From contig CAXXLQ010000004.1 in NCBI GenBank assembly GCA_963668695.2, positions 992,001 through 1,056,000 on the forward strand: a DNA stretch of 64,000 nucleotides. Reading direction: 5' to 3'. Positions 58,195 to 64,000 of this stretch are shown piece by piece. The DNA comes from Vicinamibacteria bacterium (lineage in GTDB: Bacteria; Acidobacteriota; Vicinamibacteria; Marinacidobacterales; Marinacidobacteraceae). The notes beneath the pieces are model-generated. The model saw nothing but the letters and a program-made list of their open reading frames with translations, had not been told where the DNA came from and ran no database searches. How positions within the stretch are numbered: the first letter of the stretch is position 1; every line of letters starts with the position of its first letter. The translations under genes and the position numbers were made by a program.

Positions 58195-59529
58195 ATGACA
58201 AAAACGGGATTTACGGTTCAACCCGCAGACGGTGGCCTCATCGTGCTGCTCCCCGGCCTTGGGGCAGTCAGCACGACGTTCATCGCTGGAATTCACGCGA
58301 TTCGCAAGGGGCTTGCCGCACCCATCGGGTCGGTGACCCAGATGGCAACGATCCGGCTGGGCAAGCGCACGGAAGGTCGGACCCCCCTGATTCGGGACTT
58401 CGTTCCCATCGTCCCGATCGAGGATCTTTCCTTCGCGGCGTGGGACCTGTTCGAGGACGATGCCTATACCGCGGCGCAGAAGGCCGGGGTACTCGAACCG
58501 GCGCTGCTCGATGCGGTCCGGGAGGAACTGGCGGAAATCCGTCCGATGCCGGCGGTCTTCGATCGCGATTTCGTGAAGAATCTCGACGGCTCGTTCGTCA
58601 AGTCGGGCGCCACCAAGATGGACCTGGCGGACCAGCTCATCGAGGACATCGAGCGTGTCCGGAAAGCATCGGGGGCCGCGCGGGCGGTGATGATCTGGTG
58701 CGGCTCAACGGAGACCTTCCTGGCCGAGGCGCCTGTCCACCGGGACCTCGAGAGCTTCGAGGAGGGGCTCCGCACCAATTCGCCCGATATCGCACCCAGC
58801 ATGATCTATGCGTACGCGGCTCTGCGCTGCGGGGTCCCCTACGCGAACGGGGCTCCGAACCTCAGCGCCGACATTCCGGCACTTCGTGAACTGGCGTCGG
58901 CCCGTGGCGTCCCGGTAGGCGGCAAGGATTTCAAGACCGGGCAAACGCTCATGAAGACGATCCTGGCCCCCGGGCTGAAGGCCAGGATGCTCGGCCTGCA
59001 CGGCTGGTTCTCCACGAACATCCTCGGCAATCGGGACGGCGAGGTGCTTGATGATCCCGGTTCTTTCAAGACCAAGGAAGAAAGCAAGCTGAGCGTGCTG
59101 GAGTACATCCTCCAGCCGGACATGTATCCCGACCTGTACGGCCACTTCTACCACAAGGTGCGCATCAACTATTACCCGCCCCGGCGCGACAACAAGGAAG
59201 GTTGGGACAACATCGACATCTTCGGCTGGCTCGGCTACGAAATGCAGATCAAGGTGGATTTCCTCTGCCGCGATTCCATCCTCGCCGCCCCGCTCGTGCT
59301 CGATCTCGCCCTCTTCCTCGACCTCGCCTCGCGCGCCGGTCTCCGTGGGATCCAGGAGTGGTTGTCGTTCTTCTTCAAGAGTCCCATGAGCCCGCCGGGG
59401 GTGTATCCGGAACACGACCTCTTCATCCAGCGAAAGAAGATGACCAATACGCTTCGTTATCTCATGGGAGAAGAGGTCATCAGCCACCTCGGCGAATACA
59501 CTCTGGAGACGAGGGAAACGTCGGACTGA
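58195..59529 (+). CDS. ino1: myo-Inositol-1-phosphate synthase
   Basis: GLGAVSTT, YANGAP, GKDFKTGQT, NILGNRDG, DNKEGWD, CRDSILAAPLVLD. Confidence 0.93.
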   Translation: MTKTGFTVQPADGGLIVLLPGLGAVSTTFIAGIHAIRKGLAAPIGSVTQMATIRLGKRTEGRTPLIRDFVPIVPIEDLSFAAWDLFEDDAYTAAQKAGVLEPALLDAVREELAEIRPMPAVFDRDFVKNLDGSFVKSGATKMDLADQLIEDIERVRKASGAARAVMIWCGSTETFLAEAPVHRDLESFEEGLRTNSPDIAPSMIYAYAALRCGVPYANGAPNLSADIPALRELASARGVPVGGKDFKTGQTLMKTILAPGLKARMLGLHGWFSTNILGNRDGEVLDDPGSFKTKEESKLSVLEYILQPDMYPDLYGHFYHKVRINYYPPRRDNKEGWDNIDIFGWLGYEMQIKVDFLCRDSILAAPLVLDLALFLDLASRAGLRGIQEWLSFFFKSPMSPPGVYPEHDLFIQRKKMTNTLRYLMGEEVISHLGEYTLETRETSD

Positions 59530-59532
59530 TCC

Positions 59533-60324
59533 ATGCAGATCTCGAAGAGTCGCTGCGTCGGCTGCGGGAACTGCGTAGCGGTCTGTCCGGTGTCGGCCAT
59601 CAGTATCGGTGACGACGGGCGGGCGGTGGTGAACAGCGACCAGTGCGTCGAGTGCTACACCTGCTACCGCGGGCTCAGCACCGAGCGGCTGAACCCAACG
59701 CTCATCCGAACCGTCCGGCGGGTACTCGGCTGGGTGCGACTCCGCTTCGACCCGGAGCCGGACATTTGTCCGACATCGGCGATCGAACCCGAGGAACTCG
59801 CATGGCCGCGCGTGGTGCGACGCGCCTTCAGCGATCCGCTCGTTTCCCACGAGGCCACCGGCGTCCACGGCCGGGGGACCGAGGAAGTCAAGACGAACGA
59901 CGTGACCGGCAGAGTCTCGGTCGGCGAATGCGGGATGACGGTGGAGTTCGGCCGACCCGGGGTGACCGCAAGTTTCGCCGACATGGACCGGGTTACCCGT
60001 CGGCTGGCGGCGCTCGGCGTGCACTTCGAGCAGAAAAATCCCGTCACCAACCTGATGAGCGACGTTGCGACCGGCGCGATCCGGGAGGATCTGCTCGGCG
60101 AACGGGTCCTTTCGGCAATCGTGGAAATCAAGGTCAACCTGGACCAGGTTCCCGCGGTGATGAAGGAAGTGGAGGCTGCCGCCGCCGATTCGGAGACGAT
60201 CATTTCCGTGGGCGCCGCCACTCGCTGCGGCCCGGACGGCGAGGACACCCTCGGGGCGCTGCTGCGCGAGCACGGATACACCGCTTTTCGGGGCAAGACC
60301 AACCTCGGGCTCGGCCGGGCGTAG
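59533..60324 (+). CDS. 4Fe-4S ferredoxin-domain protein of unknown function
   Basis: CVGCGNCVAVCP and CVECYTC...CP; GRGTEEVKTNDVTGR; EFGRPG. Confidence 0.75.
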   Translation: MQISKSRCVGCGNCVAVCPVSAISIGDDGRAVVNSDQCVECYTCYRGLSTERLNPTLIRTVRRVLGWVRLRFDPEPDICPTSAIEPEELAWPRVVRRAFSDPLVSHEATGVHGRGTEEVKTNDVTGRVSVGECGMTVEFGRPGVTASFADMDRVTRRLAALGVHFEQKNPVTNLMSDVATGAIREDLLGERVLSAIVEIKVNLDQVPAVMKEVEAAAADSETIISVGAATRCGPDGEDTLGALLREHGYTAFRGKTNLGLGRA

Positions 60325-60341
60325 CCGCCGGGGGAGCGCCC

Positions 60342-61496
60342 TCAGGCGCCCAGCACCGCGACGAGCGCCTCGACTACCTCATCCAATTCCGCCTCGGTAA
60401 TCACCAGCGGGGGCAGCAGCCGGATCACGGTTGCGCCTGCCGGCAGCGCCAGCACCCCCTTTTCCATCAATGCGGTCAAGTACGGGCGGCAGCGCTCCCG
60501 GAGTTCGATACCGATCATCAACCCCGTCTGGCGCACCGCGCGGACCCGCGCGGGCCGCTGATCGGCGAATCGCTCGCTGAACCGGGCGCCCAGCGTCTCC
60601 GCCCGGTCGGCCAAGCGCTCGTCTTCCATGAACTGGATCGCGGCAAGCGCCGCGGCGCATGCGAGCGGATTGCCGCCGAACGTGGTCCCGTGCTTGCCGA
60701 CGAGCGGCGGTAGCCGGTCACCCGCCAGCACCGCACCCATGGGCACGCCTCCGGCGATGGCTTTCGCCAGGCAAAGCAGATCGGGCTCCACTCCGTGGCG
60801 TTCGCAGGCGAACATCCGGCCGGTCCGGCAAAAGCCGGTCTGCGACTCGTCGAGAATCAGCAACGCGCCGGTCTCGTCGCAGAGGGCACGGACGGCGCGC
60901 AGGTAGCCGGCCTCGGCCGGCCGCACCCCGCCCTCCCCCTGGACTGGCTCCAGCACGACGGCCGCGGTGCCTTCGCCGACCGCGGCCCGCATCTTCTCGG
61001 CATCGTTGAACGGGACGAATGAAAACCCCGGCACCAGCGGGGCAAAGGGTTCCCGGTAATCCTTCCGGAACGTTGCGCTCAGGGCTCCCATCGTGCGGCC
61101 GTGGAACCCGCGCATGGCGGAGACGATCCCGGTGCGGCCGGTGGCGACGCGGGCGAACTTGAGGGCCGCCTCCACCGCCTCCGCTCCCGAGTTGCAAAGA
61201 AAGGCGCGCGTCAGGCCCGGCGGCGCGATGGAAGCCAGCTTCTCCAGGAGAAGGGCGCGCTGGTCGTTGTAGAAGATTCCCGGGCAGGTCACCAGCGTCC
61301 GCGCCTGATCGGCGATCGCCCGCGCGACCGCGGGGTTGGCGTGCCCGATGCTCGCCACTCCGATACCGGCCACGCAGTCGAGATAGCGGCGGCCCCGATC
61401 GTCCCAGACCTCGGCGCCCTTCCCCCGCACGAGCGTCAGGTCGCGCTTCGGGTAGACCTCGAGCCCCCACGTCCGCTCGGCCTCCTGGAAGTTCAC
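60342..61496 (-). CDS. lysJ: [LysW]-aminoadipate semialdehyde / acetylornithine aminotransferase (class III)
   Basis: YPKRDLTLVRGKG, CNSGAEAVEAALK, FHGRTMG, EPVQGEGGV, LAKAIAGG, HGTTFGGNP; context lysY-lysZ. Confidence 0.8.
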   Translation of the reverse strand: MNFQEAERTWGLEVYPKRDLTLVRGKGAEVWDDRGRRYLDCVAGIGVASIGHANPAVARAIADQARTLVTCPGIFYNDQRALLLEKLASIAPPGLTRAFLCNSGAEAVEAALKFARVATGRTGIVSAMRGFHGRTMGALSATFRKDYREPFAPLVPGFSFVPFNDAEKMRAAVGEGTAAVVLEPVQGEGGVRPAEAGYLRAVRALCDETGALLILDESQTGFCRTGRMFACERHGVEPDLLCLAKAIAGGVPMGAVLAGDRLPPLVGKHGTTFGGNPLACAAALAAIQFMEDERLADRAETLGARFSERFADQRPARVRAVRQTGLMIGIELRERCRPYLTALMEKGVLALPAGATVIRLLPPLVITEAELDEVVEALVAVLGA

Positions 61497-62302
61497 TCGA
61501 TCACCGTTCCCCGTCCGGCCAGAGCATCCCGAACCGGATGCGCGACGCGTCCGTCGCCGATCACCACGGGGGTTCCCCCCGTTCCCCTGGATCCCCCGGT
61601 TCCGACCAGTCGGCTCAGCGCGAGCATTTTCCGCTTCATACGGCCCGTTACCAGCGCCTCCCGGCGCAGAACCTCGGCGGAGGACATGCGCGGGACGAGC
61701 GAGGCAGGGTCATTCTCATCCTCCAGAAATCCGGGCGCTTCGATCAACTGGATGACCCGCTCGGCCGGGAACGCCGCGTTGAGCACCCCCACGATGTCGT
61801 CGTTCTCCGAATTGATGGCGAAGCCGCGTTCATCGAGGATGGGAACGGTCAGGACCGGCGCCAGACCGCTGTCCAGCAGGAGTCGGAGCAATCCGACATT
61901 CACCTCGGCGGGCTTTCCCGACAGGTCGCGCTTGATGAGGGTCTTCCCGCCCTCCCGGACGCGGATTCCCCGGTTCCTCCTGCCCCGAACCAGTGCGCCG
62001 TCGAGGCCCGTGAGACCGATGGCGTTCACGCCGCGCCGCTGCAACAACTCCACGATCCTCTTGTTCCGCAGTCCGGCGTAGGCCATGAGGATGAGATCGA
62101 CGGCCGAGGCGTCCGAGTACACGCTCGCGTAGCCGGACACCGAAGTAAGCACCCGCTTCTCGATGCCGAGCCGCCGGCCGAGCTCGTCGCGCAGGGCATT
62201 CGCGCCATGCACGATCACGAACGGCGATGGGACCTCGGCGAGGTCGGAGGCGATTCCTTCCAGGTTGATGGACGCTCCGCCGCCGATCTTGATCAGCAGC
62301 AT
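61493..62302 (-). CDS. lysZ: [LysW]-aminoadipate/glutamate kinase
   Basis: IKIGGG, VHGAN, TSVSGYASVYSD, GLTGLDG...GRRN, DLSGK, GRMKRK, a LysZ-type pattern rather than classical ArgB. Confidence 0.8.
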   Translation of the reverse strand: MLLIKIGGGASINLEGIASDLAEVPSPFVIVHGANALRDELGRRLGIEKRVLTSVSGYASVYSDASAVDLILMAYAGLRNKRIVELLQRRGVNAIGLTGLDGALVRGRRNRGIRVREGGKTLIKRDLSGKPAEVNVGLLRLLLDSGLAPVLTVPILDERGFAINSENDDIVGVLNAAFPAERVIQLIEAPGFLEDENDPASLVPRMSSAEVLRREALVTGRMKRKMLALSRLVGTGGSRGTGGTPVVIGDGRVAHPVRDALAGRGTVIE

Positions 62303-62327
62303 GTCGCGGCCACTTCGGTTGAGCGCA

Positions 62328-62975
62328 TCAAAAGGAGCGGACCGTGCCGTTCGCGATGGGTGTCCATTCCGTCGGAGCGCCGAGCGCCGGATAGGGTTCG
62401 GAGCACACGACCCGGACGTCGCCGATGGTGGCGCGGCGCATCTGAAAGTAGTCCGGATCCTCGTTGAAGCGGCTGGCCACGGTGACCCGGCGCGAGGCAT
62501 CCGCCACGATGACATTCATCGCCCGGACGTAGCGGGTGCGTTTCTCGATCAGCTTCAATCCCCGTGCGAGGGCGTGGCGCATGTCACCGCGGTCGAACCG
62601 CTTGACGAAGTTGAAGACCTTCTCGGCGCCGATGCGCCCCTGTTCCCGGATGCGCACTCCCCGAAGTTCCCCGTTGAACAGGAACACGCGCTCGCCGTCA
62701 AAAAACGGCATGTTGTTCTCAACGCGGATCCCCTCGTTGCGGAACGCGCTCCGCGCGTGGGCCAGCAGCAGCGGCGTGCGACCGCGGGGTCGATTCCGGT
62801 CTTCCCAGATGGGGGTAATGCTGCGGTAGATGCGCCAGCCGCCTCCTTCGAGCCAGGCGCAACCCCAGCCATGCCCCTGGAACTCCCGGCTGTTTTTCGC
62901 GACCTCGCTGAACGCCGCCAGATGATCCTGCACGTCGAACTCCTCCTCGCCGCGGACGCATAGGAGACGGCACAT
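62328..62975 (-). CDS. Class II glutamine amidotransferase / Ntn-hydrolase (EgtC/YafJ-like)
   Basis: MCRLL (N-terminal nucleophile Cys), GHGWG, AHARSA, NNMPF, FNGEL, VCSEP. Confidence 0.8.
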   Translation of the reverse strand: MCRLLCVRGEEEFDVQDHLAAFSEVAKNSREFQGHGWGCAWLEGGGWRIYRSITPIWEDRNRPRGRTPLLLAHARSAFRNEGIRVENNMPFFDGERVFLFNGELRGVRIREQGRIGAEKVFNFVKRFDRGDMRHALARGLKLIEKRTRYVRAMNVIVADASRRVTVASRFNEDPDYFQMRRATIGDVRVVCSEPYPALGAPTEWTPIANGTVRSF

Positions 62976-63006
62976 GGGAAGGATGCCCCGGTCGGCGGGC
63001 GTTCCC

Positions 63007-64000
63007 TCAGATCGGATGGAGGCCGGCGAACTCCAGCCCGGCCGTCTCCGGAAACCCGTACATCAGGTTGAACGCATGCGCAGCCTGCCCGGCCGCCCCC
63101 TTCATCAGGTTGTCCAGGGCGCTCATGGCCACGATCCGGTTCGTGTGCGGATCGCGCTCGAACCCCACATCGCAGAAGTTCGTGCCCGCGAGGATCTTGG
63201 GGTCCGGGTAGCGGTGGATGCCGCTGTGCCCCTTCACGACGCGAACGAAGGGCTCCCCCGCGTAGGCGTCGCGATAGATCTTCCAAAGCGCCTGGTCGTT
63301 CAGCGCCCGATCCGTGAACACATGGCAGGTCGCCAGCACCCCGCGCACCATTTCGATCGAGGTGGCGGAGAAGTGGAGTTTGTCGATCCCCAGGGCCTCG
63401 GCGATCTCGCCCTGATGGCGGTGCCCGGTGGGCTTGAAAGCGCGCGCTGCTCCGCTCCGCTCGGGATGATGGCTCGCCGCGGTCGCCCGATTGCCGGCTT
63501 CACTGGATCCGACCAGGACTTCGATCACCGCCGATTCGACCCCTCCGGCATCGCACAGCGGCTTGAGCGCCAGGATGGCGGCCGTCGCGTTGCACCCGGC
63601 GCAGGCCACCAGCTCCGCATCCCTCAGCGCCTCCCGATTCAGTTCCGGAATCCCGTAGACAAAGCGGCCGAGAAGATCCGGGCAGGGATGCGGTCCACCG
63701 TACCAACGCTCGTAGGCCGCGGTTTCCCGCAACCGAAAATCGGCGCCCAGATCGATGACCCGACCGGCGATGCGCCGGAAGTCCTGCATGCGGCGCGCCG
63801 ATTCGCCGTGCGGCAGGCAGACGAAGAGCGCGTCGCAACGGGAAAGGCGGTCCAGCTCGCAGAACCGCAGCCGGGTGGCGCCGCGGAGGTTCGGATGGAC
63901 GCCGTGCGCGTACTTCCCGGCGAGGCGTTCGGAGGAGATGTCGGCTACCTCGACCTCGGGGTGGCCAAGCATCAGACGCAGCAACTCGCCGCCCGCGTAT
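63007..64000 (-). CDS. lysY: [LysW]-aminoadipate-phosphate reductase / ArgC family (5' end outside the window)
   Basis: YAGGELLR, HPNLRG, CLPHG, DLGADFRL, YGIPEL, GCNATA, SHHPERSG, HRHQGE, DNLMKGAAGQA. Confidence 0.85.
   Translation of the reverse strand, partial: YAGGELLRLMLGHPEVEVADISSERLAGKYAHGVHPNLRGATRLRFCELDRLSRCDALFVCLPHGESARRMQDFRRIAGRVIDLGADFRLRETAAYERWYGGPHPCPDLLGRFVYGIPELNREALRDAELVACAGCNATAAILALKPLCDAGGVESAVIEVLVGSSEAGNRATAASHHPERSGAARAFKPTGHRHQGEIAEALGIDKLHFSATSIEMVRGVLATCHVFTDRALNDQALWKIYRDAYAGEPFVRVVKGHSGIHRYPDPKILAGTNFCDVGFERDPHTNRIVAMSALDNLMKGAAGQAAHAFNLMYGFPETAGLEFAGLHPI

Overview
A GC-rich bacterial chromosomal window. The gene content and neighbourhoods (mfd followed by two SurA-like PPIases, amidase-GerMN-rph-rdgB-tRNAs, many secreted hydrolases) suggest Acidobacteriota, but that is inference only. 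Housekeeping genes include mfd, moaA, trxA, thiI, rph, rdgB, ino1 and five tRNAs. Accessory loci: (1) a complete quinohemoprotein amine dehydrogenase cluster (qhpG, qhpA-D-C-B-F-E) interrupted by a Tat-signal PLP enzyme; (2) a tandem array of five secreted paralogues with a conserved scaffold and two hypervariable loops; (3) an arsS radical-SAM pair; (4) a decayed defence islet (type I R-M fragments, RES toxin-antitoxin, DUF4143 remnant); (5) the 3' part of a LysW-type lysY/lysZ/lysJ operon containing an Ntn-hydrolase, with no lysK in view. Intergenic DNA is colonised by a ~180-bp MITE and a REP-like palindrome family. Both carry a constant 18-19-nt oligomer (CCAGTTCTCCCGGTGGGG[G]) inserted at several different internal positions and in both orientations, about 19 copies by my manual count. 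All assignments come from motif recognition by eye. No database search was run, and several start codons are uncertain.
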